This document shows, in pieces, positions 1 through 12,100 of a DNA stretch of 64,000 nucleotides. The position numbers were made by a program, and so were the translations under genes. The stretch is from Zootoca vivipara (lineage: Eukaryota), in the NCBI RefSeq assembly GCF_963506605.1, contig NC_083289.1, positions 34,782,001-34,846,000 of the forward strand. The letters are read 5' to 3'. The notes under the pieces were generated by a model. That model had not been told where the DNA came from. It did not search any database and saw only the letters and a program-made list of their open reading frames with translations. Every line of letters starts with the position of its first letter. The first letter of the stretch is position 1.

Positions 1-364
1 GGGTGAACAATAAGATTGTGGTAGTCATTTTCTGGTTGTTAGCATGAATGGCTGCATATTTTTAATGGGTGTGATAACAAGTTAGGTTCAGGAAATAGGA
101 ATAACCAGGAACAATAATGCCCTATTTGTAATGAGGTAAGATATTTTTTTAAAAAAACCCTCATATTTTACATCTACAATATCATTCCATAGTGGATGAG
201 GTCCTGGGTGTTTCCCCACTGCAACTTTGAACTACTATTATCAAACCGGTTTAACTTTCATCATAGCCAAGTAATTGCAGGAACAATAATTATGTGCAGA
301 GTCTAAGGCTCTCACACCCGCAACAAAAGCTGCAATCTCCAGAGTTCTTGCAGAGTATGGTGTG

Positions 365-735
365 GTAATGGTGGAAATTCAGCTTTGCTTCCATTTAAAT
401 TAGAAACTAACTAATTTGCACTTCTTGAACCATTATGCAAAACACAGTGCTATTTTGAAATTCACACACCTCTGAATTTTGTAATGCAGTCCTCCAAGCA
501 AGAACGTATCCAAAATGCACATATTAGGGAAGAATGTCCATAAAAGTGTATGCATTCATGAAAGGAACATGGAAAAATGCATTATATTAGGGAAAGCTGC
601 TTGCAAAAATGTTTTATTATGAATGCATAGAATTCATAGAATTCTTTACAAAAATGTAAAGAACTGTAAATGTAAAGAAATGTAGAGAACTGAATTTAAG
701 ATTGGAAAAATGAGAAACTGAGAGAAACAGAAAAA
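365..735 (+). mobile_element. AT-rich non-autonomous DNA-element fragment; other copies at ~2640-2784, 19020-19411, 20320-20420, 23270-23412
   Basis: Shared motifs ctctgaattttgcaatgcagt..aaaatgcat..gaactgaatttaagattggaaaaatgagaaactg..ccatcccta. Confidence 0.6.
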
Positions 736-2227
736 GCATGCCAGCTTAAAAAGGAAAAGAAAAAAGTATCTCCCTAGCAAATGTAAGAATAACAATAAAA
801 ATAAAAATAAAAGCTACATTGGTTGTGGTGCAGAGTTGATTTTAAGGCACCTTCCCCCCACAGCACGACAGCATTCATGCATGGAATAAATCACGTGAGA
901 GAATCGGTGCCAAACTTGCTTTGGTGCGATGGATGGTGATGTGATGGGAAACCGGAAGGGGAATGGAGTACTCTGAAAAAACATGCATGGCTGACTGGAG
1001 CCCTGGACAAGAGCATGTCATGTCACACTGCAACATTTAGCTGCAAGACCCACTTGTGTAAATCAGTTTGGCACGTGCAGCTTCTCAGCGGAGCTGCCAT
1101 GAAGCGTTTTGTTTCTCCAGCCTTCTGCTGACCAGCGTCCAGTGGTATCATTTTGCCTGCCTGGCAGGGTCTGAAAAGCAAACTGAATGGTTATTGTCCC
1201 TTCCACAATACTGTTCATTTTCTGTTGGTATATGAAGCCTGGCAGGAATGGCGGGCCTTAGTTGGTCGAGCAGAGCTACAGTGACAGACACCAAGCTTGA
1301 AGTTTAATACAATCGGAATGAATGTGAAGCCTGCGGTAGGCCAAAACTAACCAGAAAAAGTGCATTTGCCCCCACTTGTAAGCTTGTGTGAATTGATTTC
1401 TTGTGACCCAATGTAGTAGCATTTTTCCTGAGTCTGTAACACCTTATAGTACTGGATGAGTTTCTGGTGCTGATGATAATACTCAGGGCCCCTCCAGAAG
1501 GGCTTTTTACTATGTATTCATGATGATTTGCGCTCATGATGTTATTGGGGTAGTTATATGTGCTTCTGCTTTCAAATGCTGTTTACCCCTGCAAAAGTTT
1601 TAGGGCAGACACACTGCTTTGTTTTCAGTCAGTGCCTGTCCCAGTAACTCCCTGCTGAAATCCTGTAGCTTCTTGCACCGAAAATGTTCTTGTTTATTTT
1701 CTTGCACTATAGTGCAAGTGTTTCCTTCCAGTAACACTGGGGAGGCATCACAGATCAATGAATCAAGCAGGATGATGAATGGACAGCTCAGAATAAATCC
1801 ACTGCTAATGTACTATTTTTGCATCAATAACATGTTGCAGAATGCACCTGCAAAAACGAAATAAAAAATGCCAAACAAACTAATCTGGAAAGGCCCTTAT
1901 CCTATCTTTCTATATATGGGGTGGGTGGGTTTCAAAGCAATTCAAACATTCATAATCTTGATGACTTTATTATTACGGTAGCCACATTTCTCAGATGTGG
2001 GTCTGAGAGACAATAGCTTGCCTAGAGCTACCTTGTGAGTTTGTGGCCAAGGTGAGAATTGAACTGGGATTTTCCCAGTTCTTAGGTTCAGCTCATGCGA
2101 TTCACAAAATGTGTTCGTTGTGATGGCTCTGTTGTGAGCGCAAGATCAGTTGATCGTAGCACATGATAGTTTTCTGCAGTAGCCAATTACTAGTAGCAAA
2201 CCCATCCTTTGAGTGCAAAACCTTATA

Positions 2228-2478
2228 CCGTCATACCTTGGTTCTCAAACAGAATGCATTCTGGGAGTCCGTTCAACTCCCGGAACCATTCAAAAACCAA
2301 GACGCGGCTTCCGATTGGCTGCAGGAGCATCCTGCAGCCAATCGGAAGCCGCGGAAGCCACGCTGGACGTTCGGCTTCCGAAAAGCATTTGAAAACCAGA
2401 ACATTCACTTCTGGGTTTTGATCATTTGGGAGACGACTTGTTTGGGAGCCAACGTGTTTGGGGTCCAAGGTATGACTG
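2228..2478. mobile_element. Tc1/mariner MITE
   Basis: C.GTCATACCTTGG / CCAAGGTATGACTG TIRs; internal hairpin gcggcttccgattggctgcagga..tcctgcagccaatcggaagccgc. Confidence 0.78.
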
Positions 2479-3894
2479 TGTACCTCAAATATCACCATCC
2501 ATGCACAATTGGGTGGCAGTAAAAAGAGCCCTCAAACAGGGAGGTGGGAAGACCAAAACAACCACCCCCCGGTCCCCACTTTCACAGGGGGAGAATATTT
2601 GGGAAATAGTGGTGGTGCTGATTTTGACCATGCCTTGACAATTGGAGGACAATGAATGCTGATGAATTTTCGTGGGGTCATTTTCACCCTAATTTTGCAA
2701 ACTGAAGTGGAAACGTGGGGAACTGAATGGAAGAAGGTTGGGAGAAAATGAGAGAAATCGAAATTGACGAATTTACCCATTCCTATCATATGCAAGCAAA
2801 GGCTGCATTCTGTTTCTTAAGGAATCATTTAGGAAAATGGGGGAGGGAGGGGGTTGGTTGTGGTTGTGTGCTTCAGTTTTTACAAGCCTAGGAATGCTGC
2901 TGGCATAGTTCTTCCAGTGCACAAGCCTCTCATTAGACATTGCTCCTTGTTCAGGATCTCTGGTTGTTCCTGTCCGGATGCTGCGCTGCTCTCTTGTTTC
3001 CTGTCCAAAACTGTCAGTCAGAGCAGCCGTGAGTCACCCTTCAAGAGGATGCTTGGCTATGAGAGAGAACAAGCTTGGCAAGTCAAGAGGCAATTGCTTA
3101 GTAGGAACAGTGCTGTATAAGCAGGAGGGAGGTTTCACCAAAGGGTTCTGTCAAGTGCCAGGCTTTCATCACTCCAGCACAGTGATTCCCAAACTATCTG
3201 CCACGAGGGAACAGCTATTATGTTATGAGAAATAAATGAAATAACCAAAGATTTCCATGAGTCCAAATCACTCATTCACTGTCTGCAGAGGTGGTTGCCT
3301 GTTATGTCCCTGTATGCTCTTATCAGGGAGTCATGCAGAGGGCTAGTCCCGCTTTTGCATATTTTAACCCTTTGCAATGTCAGCAGGGATACTACTTCTA
3401 ATTTGGATTTGGGGGTGGCTGGGTAGGCAGGCAGGAATGAATGCGCCTCAAGTTTCAGAACTATAAGAAACAGTACTCTAATCCAGAAGACTTTGCAAAC
3501 AAGGGTGACTTAGTTTTCAGAAGAATCCCACTGAGTTCTATGGGGGAAGCCTCAATGGACTGAAATTTGAGACAAGTGAGAGAGGGAAGAGCTTCTGCTT
3601 CCTGAAGGAGGCAAATTAGGGATGATAGGTGGCTTAGCCTCGCCTCTGTCTAACCCTGTTAGGATCTCTGATCTGTAGTAACTCCCATGCTGATTTACTG
3701 ACCATCTCAGAGTATGGTTCATGGGGTTCAAAAGGTCATTGGCTCTGCTCCATTTTGGTTCTGTCTTCACACGAACCACTGTTTTGAACTTTCCTCTACT
3801 TGGTGGACCCAAAAAGGTAGTTTCTGTAAGCCTGAAGTTTGGCCAGATCAGCTCTACATATAATCATCACAATAAATAAGAATTGATGATAAAC

Positions 3895-4150
3895 TGCTGG
3901 AGAATCACAGTGCCTGCTGTGGCTGCAGAGACTTGTAACTTGTAACTGCTGCCTCCCATGTTGTTTTTGCTGTGTTTGCAGCACCAAAGTGACCTCTCCG
4001 GGGCTCAGGTCTGGGCAGTCTGTATGGAAGTCCTGCACTGCCCATATAACAAGACCCTCCTCTCAGCCTTGCTGATGTGGTCCAAAGGAAAACAGAGCAA
4101 TACGTTTGGCACCAGCTTGGCAGCAGGAGTTGCCAGAAGGAAGTGTACAC
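3895..4150. repeat. Unclassified interspersed repeat; inverted copy at ~62320-62570 (that copy extends to ~62215), possibly RTE-clade 5' region
   Basis: tgctgtggctgcagagacttgtaact..tttggcaccagcttg..gcaggagttgc matches the reverse complement of 62336-62550. Confidence 0.7.
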
Positions 4151-4439
4151 TCATAAATAAGGACATATATAGCCTGTGAGAGCCTCTGGCAGTCAGTTTA
4201 GGCAGTACAGAGCTAGATGGGCTAGTGGTCTAACTCCATAGGCGCCAACTCCTAGCGGCTGAGGTTCCCTTCGGCCCCCCAATAAAATATTTGAATGGTT
4301 CAGGCCCTCTCCAAAGTTGATGGGCATTGCCGTTCAAATGGTGTGCATGCATTGTGTCATGTGATTGATTATATGTGGGGTGGGGCTTACCAGCCCCCCC
4401 CCATATTTCTAGTTGGCACCCCTATAAAGGCTGCTTCCT

Positions 4440-4830
4440 GAAGGCAACAGCAGTTGGCTCTGTGGCTTGACACCATCTTGGATTTGCCTCAACAGTTTGC
4501 TATTTTGCCCCAACTCTGCCAAACCGGAGCCAGTATCACTTCGCGCAAAAGGGGGATGTTCCGACTCCACTGCTCTCAAGCAAAGATTGCATGACTAGGT
4601 TTCAATGTAGGAAACTTGATGGGGAATGTTCAAGGTTGAGTGGCATTGGGTTGAAGACAGTAATCTCTCCTGGGTGCCCAGAGGCCTTCATGGGTGGAGC
4701 AATCAACCACAACCTGCTAGACTGCAGAGACACCCATCTGAATTGCCAAATGCTTCCTCTCTTGTACAAAGCATCATCGATGGCCAGTTGCCAACTTTTG
4801 TCTATGGGCAGCTCCTGTGGCTCTTACAGC
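4440..4830. repeat. Unclassified interspersed repeat; direct copy at ~28078-28430
   Basis: gaaggcaacagcagttggctc..tggcttgacaccatcttgg ... atctctcctgggtgcccagaggcctt ... agttgccaact shared by both copies. Confidence 0.78.
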
Positions 4831-4970
4831 AGCATGACATGAATGAATTAAACTTTCGCCAACACTTAATTTCCCACTAGGGATATGTTTCACAGCCTGT
4901 CCAGTTGCTGTTTAAAAGCACAGAAATAGGACTGGTAAAAAGAAATTGGCAAGTGTTACACTGACATGGA

Positions 4971-5299
4971 GGGACCCAGGTGGCACTGTGGGTTAAACCA
5001 CTGAGCCTAGGGCTTGCTGATCAGAAGGTCGGCGGTTTGAATCCCTGTGACGGGGTGAGCTCCCGTTGCTTGGTCCCAGCTCCTGCCAACCTAGCAGTTC
5101 TAAAGCACGTCAAAATGCAAGTAGATAAATAGGAACCGCTACAGCGGGAAGGTAAACGGCGTTTTCATGTGCTGCTCTGGTTCGCCACATGACCTGGAAG
5201 CTATACGTCAGCTCCCTCGGCCAATAATGCGAGATGAGCGCGCAACCCCAGAGTCGGTCACGACTGGACCTAATGGTCAGGGGTCCCTTTACCTTTACC
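4971..5299 (+). mobile_element. Sauria SINE (Podarcis/POM-type), near full length
   Basis: tRNA-like head GGGACCCAGGTGGCACTGTGGGTTAAACC..GGTTTGAATCCC, (ACCTTT)n tail, 14-bp TSD ttacactgacatgg at 4956-4969 and 5300-5313. Confidence 0.88.
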
Positions 5300-5602
5300 T
5301 TACACTGACATGGCTTTGATCTTTAGCTTTGGGCAAGTCACGATCTACTAGCCTTGATTCCCCCCCCCCAAAGCATTAAAATGGTGCGACCTCACAGGTT
5401 TGGGTGAAGATAAAGGTTGTCAAAGCATTTTGCAAATTAAAAATTAGACTAGCTATGAAAGCAAAGTGCTTTATAAACATTTATCTTCACCAGAAAAAAA
5501 TCCTTCAAACACTACACTGAAGTAGTCTACTGTTCTTTTGATTTTACTGACTAGTTCAGTCAACTGCTGTTTTTGTAGTGTTTATTTTGTAAGATGTTAG
5601 GG

Positions 5603-5738
5603 CAGGCATCCCCAAACTGTGGCCCTCCAGATGTTTTGGCCTACAACTCCCATTATCCCTAGTTAACAGGACCAGTGATTGGGGAAGATGGGAATTGTAG
5701 TCCAAGACATCTGGAGGGCCGAAGTTTGGGGGTGCCTG
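5603..5738. mobile_element. hAT (Charlie-like) MITE, 136 bp, palindromic
   Basis: TIR CAGGCATCCCCAAACT..; perfect 8-bp TSD tgttaggg. Confidence 0.88.
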
Positions 5739-5950
5739 TGTTAGGGGCTGAGTGCTTCCTGGAATCCCCTCCTCCTCTTATTCCAAAAATTGTGGCCAAC
5801 TGGCTGCAGTTATTTGGTGGTGAATTAAAAGCACTTTGCATATGCACTGGGGAACTCGTGCTCCTTGTATCTTATATCCCTGAGTGAGCTCCTGGCTGGC
5901 TGTGATCTGCTGTTTTATCCTTCTTGAAATCTCTCTTTCCCTCTTCGCAG

Positions 5951-6050
5951 CATATCCAGCAAGGAGTTGTCTGAGCTGATTGAGAAGTTGCAGAAAAATG
6001 CTGACCAGGTGGAAAAGAACATTGTGGAAGCAGACTCTAAGATGCAAAAT
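5951..6050 (+). CDS. PPL: PPL exon 2
   Basis: ttcgcag|C ATA TCC...CAA AAT|gtgagt; ISSKELSELIEKLQKNADQVEKNIVEADSKMQN. Confidence 0.95.
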
Positions 6051-9000
6051 GTGAGTTTATTTTATTTCAGCATTCTTATACTGTATACACTTTTCATTTT
6101 TTTTTAAAAAAATGACCTTAACATGGTTTTTACATAGAAATGAACCATATTAATAATGGTGCAGCAATAAAATTGCTAGCACATTTGCAAAGCTAAGCAG
6201 GGTCTGGTGTGGTTTCAAATAGGTTGGGGCTGAGTGTTGAGATTCCTGGACTAGATGACCTTCAGGATCCCTTCCAACTCTTAAGATTCTATGAATCAAA
6301 CACAAGAAAACTTAGATAAAAATACAATTAAAAACTAGCAATAAAACACAGAACCAGAGCTGAAAAAAGTAACAAACAAAATGTGGCTTCTGAACATTTG
6401 GGGGGACCAAATAAGGTGATATCCACACCTTATATTTAAAACACATCTAAAGCAAATGGTGTCCACCAGAGAATCTGTAGTTTGTTAAGGATACTGGGAA
6501 TTCTCTAACACAGCGTTCTCAAAACCTGTACAAAACTATGTTTTCTAGGCTTCCTTTTGGGTGAAACATCAATTCAGACCAGTTTAAATGTAAATACAGC
6601 CTAAGGTGACAAATGTCCATCTCTAATTATACAATTCAGATTGCAACATAGGCTTAGTTCCTGCTTTCTAACCTAGCAACAGTTATTGTTTTGCAGGACT
6701 CGACCTACCATTAGGCAGTGGAGGCATTTGTCCCTTAGCGCTGCCCCATCGACCTTTGTCTGCCTTCAGCCAGCCCCATCTGCCTGCCTTCTTACATCCA
6801 AACAGTTTGGAGTTGGGACTTGGCATTGGCTATCAGCTCCCTCCTCCTCTTCAGTCTCAGTGTTCCCTAGTAGAACTAAGCAGGGAGGAAGAGGTTGGGG
6901 GACAAAACTAGAATGAGTTGGCTCTGCCTGCCATTGGCTCTGGCTCCACAGACCATTGGACTTCCTGCTTTCCATCCTACGGGTCCCAATGGGCACCAGC
7001 CATGAGCCAGCAGCCTCTGGCGGCTGATCTGTGTTGTGTGGTGGCAGCTCCTCACCTCACCTGGCTACTCCTTTTGAGTCAATAGCCATTCTCCTCTGCC
7101 AGAGCTCTGCTGTAATAGTCTCCTGGCCTGATGTATGGTGAAGAATGATGTCATATAATCGTAGAGTTAGAAGGGACCCCAGGGACCATCTAGTCCAACC
7201 CACTGCAATGCAGGAATCTCAACTAAAGCACCCCTGAAAGATGGCCACCCAACCTCTGCTTAAAAACCTCCAAAGAAAGAGAGTCCACTGCCTTCAAAGG
7301 GAGCCCCTTCCATTGTTGAACAGCTCTTGCCGTCAGAAAGTTCTTCCTGACGTTTAGTTGGAATCTCCTTTCTTGTAACTTGAAGCCACTGGTTCGGGTC
7401 CTACGTGTTGAAGAAACATTCAATTGCCAGTCTGGTCAGCCTCTGTACCTAGAAGGAGGGAGGTGCCATTTTGTCTTTTGCTGTAGACAACAAAATGTCT
7501 TGGGACAACTCTACTGCTTCGTTAGGAGTCCCACTCTCCTAACGTTCTAACCCTACAGCTCTATTGATTCTGTTTCTATTTTAACACAATGAAAATCAGG
7601 CCAGAGCTGTGAGTGAAGAACAGAAGTGGGATGGATCTGTTTAGAGAGTGATCCCTGGATCAGTTCTTCTTCCCTGTAGGTTTGGGGGTTGGGAAGAGGA
7701 CCCGAGATGCTTCTTTTTGCGCTGTGTTGATTCTGCTGTTTATATAAGCCTGCTCTCCCTTTCCAAACGCTCTCTCAGGACCTGCACAAGCTTAAGGCCG
7801 GTCAACCTGCTGAGTACCAAGACCTCACGGCAGATAAGCTAATAGAATCCGATAAGCTCCTCTATGTCCTGGATGGGGATGCTGCCATCGCTCGTCATAT
7901 GAAACACCCACAGGGAGATATGATCACGGAAGAGTGAGTCTGGGGAAGCCAGTAGGGCAGGGGTGGGGGAACGGATCTGGGCAGAGTGCTAGATCCAGAG
8001 TTGGGCCCTCCTTTTGTGCACTATTTTGACAAATGGGTGGGGCCACCCACCCACTGGCAGGTGATTAAAAGTTCAAGCCAAGGGAGCAGGCAGAGCTACA
8101 GTGCTAATATCAGAAATAAGCCTCTGCCTGCTCTATGACTGTAAAAGGCAGCAACAGAGGCTTAGCTTGATAGTAAAGTTGTACTCCTACAGTGCTAAGA
8201 TCAGAGATAAGCTACTGCCTGCCGCCTTGTAAAGACCAGGCAGAGGCTCACCTCCAGTCTCGGTGCTAAGCACCACAGCACTAAGATGAAATATAAGCTT
8301 AGCTAACACCTAGGTTGGAGATAACAGATCTCCACACCTAATATCATATTACATCAGTTGACTGACAGGTGGGTCTAGTTTGCCCCAATGGCCTTGAAGG
8401 CCAAATTTAGAGGCCTAATGTACTCAATTAAGCCCATGGGCCAGAGGTCCACCCCCCCACTGCAATATGGGGTGGTGCTTGACAGGGCCGTCTCAAGCAC
8501 GTCGGGCGCCCGGGCGCCGTGGTGCGGAGATCACTCCGGTGGCCCCGCTCCGTTGCTTGCTGCGTCTGGTGGGCGGGTGCAGCACGCAGCATGGTTTCCG
8601 CGCAGCTCCCCCCTACCAGACCCTGGCGCCCCCCGCCACCCAGACTACCCCTAACTTTCATCTAGGGGGCAGCAAATCTGTCTGTTACCAGTCGATGCCA
8701 CTTTAGCACGCCCTCAACCATAAGTCCCGGTTTGAGCACCAAAATACATACAGTGGTGCCTCGCTAGACGAATTTAATTCGTTCCACGGGTCTTTTCTTA
8801 TAACGAAAAATTTGTCTAGGAATCCCATAGGAATGCATTGAATTATTATTTTTTGCCCATAGGAACGCATTAATTGAATTTCAATGCATTCCTATGGGAA
8901 ACCGCGATTCGCTAGATGAATTTTTCGTAAAATGAATTCGTCTAGCGAGGCAACCTCCACTAGAAAAAAACCTTTCGTTAAGCGAAAATTTTGTTAAGCA

Positions 9001-9096
9001 GGGCATTTGTTAAGGGAGGCACCACTGTATTTTGATTTAAAGCACATTCTCCCCCCACAAAAAAAATGCATTTCTATATATGTAAACGCACATTAC

Positions 9097-9162
<66 letters not shown>

Positions 9163-12100
9163 TAATATATATATATATATATTCAAACCAATGCATTAAG
9201 CTAGTTCAGGTCAGGTCTTCTACCACCCCCCCCATTTATCTTCACAACAGCCCTGTGAGGTAGGTTAGGCTGAGAGAGCGTGTTACTGAGTAATTAGTGT
9301 AGACCCTTTAAAAATCCACACTTGGAAAACAGAATTAAATGATATGACTTTTTTGGGGGGGGGTGATCCAAAATGTTTCACTTTGAGGAAAGTAGTATTG
9401 CAATTAGGGGAGGGGGGGGGACTCATTCGTCCACACGTTGTTCGGAGAAACCAGTAATTGCTTGTATTCTCTCTCCTTCCTTCAGCATCCGGCAACTAAA
9501 GGAGAGAGTGGGCAACTTGCGTGTGAAACATGAGCAGATCTACAACTTCACCCCACAGGAAATTGAACCTCAAGTCAACTGGACCACGGTGATTGAAGAG
9601 AAGCAGGTGAGTAGGTGCTTTGCATCCAGTTAGTGAACACCTGATCTGTTTTTTTCTTTAGATTTGAGCCATTTCTTCCAAAATGTGGGCTTTGGGGGCA
9701 TCCAGCGCAGCACCAAGTGGAGTTCTCCTGCACATCTCCCTGGAACTAGAGGTGTAGTGCAGTAGAGAGAGAAAGCTGGGCTTGAACCTTTCTCCCTGTT
9801 GTGGTAGATTTCTGTTTGCCAAAGAGCCTTTAAAAACCCATTCTGGGCCTTAACTCAACATGACGTTAATTGCCTGAATCCTGGTAACTTGCATGGGAGA
9901 TATTTGTTTGTTTTGGTATGTATGTTTTTTTTTGGGGGGGGTAAGTTGAAGCCAGAGCAGCATTTTGGACCAGTGGTGGGGAGAGGGAGAATTTAGCTCA
10001 TCCTCCAGCATACCCTCCAAAAGACCACCCCCTCACCCCAAACAGTTGTTTGCAAACCTTCCATTTGCTCCATCCCCACCCTCTGCAACCCCAGTACGCC
10101 TCAGACTTCCCTTTAACAGAGAGCCAGTGTGGTGTAGTGGTTAAGAGCGGTAGACTCGTAATCTGGGGAACTGGGTTCACGTCTCCGCTCCTCCACATGC
10201 AGCTGCTGGGCTAGTCCACCTTGGGCTAGTCACACTTCTTTGAAGTCTCTCAGCCCCACTCACCTCGCAGAGTGTTTGTTGTGGGTGAGGAAGGGAAAGG
10301 AGAATGTTAGCCGCTTTGAGACTCCTTCAGGTAGTAATAAAGCAGGATATCAAATCCAAAACTCTTCTCTCTCTTCTCTCTTCTAATTGCACATTTTAAA
10401 AAGTGCACATTAACATAATCCATGCACTATAAGCGTTGCCTACCTAGTTTCTTTATATATAATTTAGATTTCCTATCTCAACCACAATGTCCCAGAATGG
10501 GCTACAACAGTAAAATACACAATTATAAAACAAATACAACGGTTACAATCAGAAAACAATAAAAGTGGGGGGGAAACCCCTATTAAGAACAGCTCCCTAT
10601 ATATAAACCAATTTAAAACAATTCCATATATTAAAGTTAAAAATAGTTACAGTGCTTCTATCCCTGGGATGAAGCTCCCTTATTTGTATGGGGTGGGCAT
10701 TCAGAAATGGTACCTCCCACCTGTAGGCTGGCATGTAGCCCAAGAGTAGGTGGAGCCAGAAGAAATAACAGGTGGAGGCAATGACAGGCAGGGCCTCTCC
10801 TCCTCCTCCTCCTCCTCCTCCTCCTCCTCCTCCTCCTCCTCCTCCTCCTCGCTGCTGAATTCTGCAAGGGTTAACACTAAAACTAAGGAGGAGGATGTGT
10901 TGTCACCTGGACTGGTAAGTAAGTAAGGAGGTAGGTAAATAGCTGGGAGCTGGCTGAGGGCAGACTGAGGTTGGTGGGAAAGCCCGACTTTCGCATGGAT
11001 GGACCTGTCTCCATCAGCCCCTAGTCTAGCAATGAATTTACTGCAAAGCTCACACAGTGTCAGTTGTTGTGAATGAAAGTCCTGCCCCTGCCCCACTCAT
11101 CAGGTGCCTGGGCACTGTTAATCAGCTCACAAAACGGGGTAGAGAGATAAAAGCTTTAGGCTGCCAGATCTCTTTCCCGCTGTTGATTTTTGCTCCTCTT
11201 CCAGTTGCTTTGTCAGCTTCCAGTTGCAAATCCCCCCCAAATCCTCCCTGGCTGCTGGCTGGAGATGCCCCCCAGCTTTTGGCTTAATGAGAGGCTTTGT
11301 GCAGCAGCCCAGGTTCTGCTAGCTTTGCAGTTCTGTCTCTGGGCTGCCTGGCGGGAGCTTCCCTCCCTTTGCCAGGGGCAGGGCACGGCTATCCAGCATC
11401 ACAGGAGGGAGCCTTCTGCATCTTGGCTGAGCGCCATCCTGTGCAAAATTGCAACAAGTGGGCTTGAAACAGGGCAGTTTTGTTTTGGAGGAAGGGAAAG
11501 ACAGCAGCAACAACAATCTAGATACTTGCATCTAGGGACGGGAGACACATTCAGTTCAGTTTGCATTAAAAGGTTCTTTCCAAAACAAGATGCAAGCTAA
11601 AATGCAGCCATTTTTTGGAAGCTGCACTTTGCTGAATTTTGCAGTGCTGAATTTTGCAGTGCATCAGGCCCAGCCACCACTGGGACACCTGGAGGTAGCG
11701 CTGCATTGAAATCTTTTCTTTCTGGCCTCGCCAAAAGGGGTTGGTGATTTGTTGCCTCGTTCCCAAGACTCTCGCCTTTTCATTTGCAAGGTAGCCAAGG
11801 GTGGTGTCTCTGTTTCCTTCCCCATAAACATTTCTCCAGTGCACTGCAAACTCTCTGGCTGCCCGTGCTTGCTGATTTGAAAAAGAAGAATAAGAAAAAA
11901 CAACCTATGGGAAGAGTTACCTGTTTTCCCTTTAATTGAACATGGTTTAATTAAATGACTTTTATTGAAATGTGGGCACCCAGGAAGGCTGCAGAATGCA
12001 GATTGCTAGAGACGTGGTTTGTAGAATGACAGAAAGGACGCTCAACAGCATCCACCTGCCATCTCAAAAATAAGGCAAATGCCACAAAATCCCTACGTCC

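Noticed and set aside
4068-4096. CTGATG...GAAA spacing resembling a hammerhead ribozyme core
   Set aside because: Core is CTGATGT rather than CTGANGA, stem II is only 3 bp, stems I/III are not evident, and the segment is absent from the second copy.
1-5950. Search for PPL exon 1 (MNSLFRKRNKGKYSPTVQ-like)
   Set aside because: No matching ORF or CpG-island promoter found; exon 1 must lie upstream of the window.
8760-9020. Regularly spaced short repeats (ctagacgaatt/attcgtctagc) that superficially resemble a CRISPR array; also at 29169 and 52028
   Set aside because: Internal sub-terminal repeats of Tc1/mariner MITEs in a vertebrate genome; no unique spacers and no cas genes.
10119-10200. tRNA-like sequences here and at 4971, 25102, 27876
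   Set aside because: SINE heads followed by SINE bodies and tails; no complete cloverleaf and no Pol III terminator.
10658-11096. Poly-Arg and poly-Glu ORFs
   Set aside because: Translation of the (CCT)n microsatellite.
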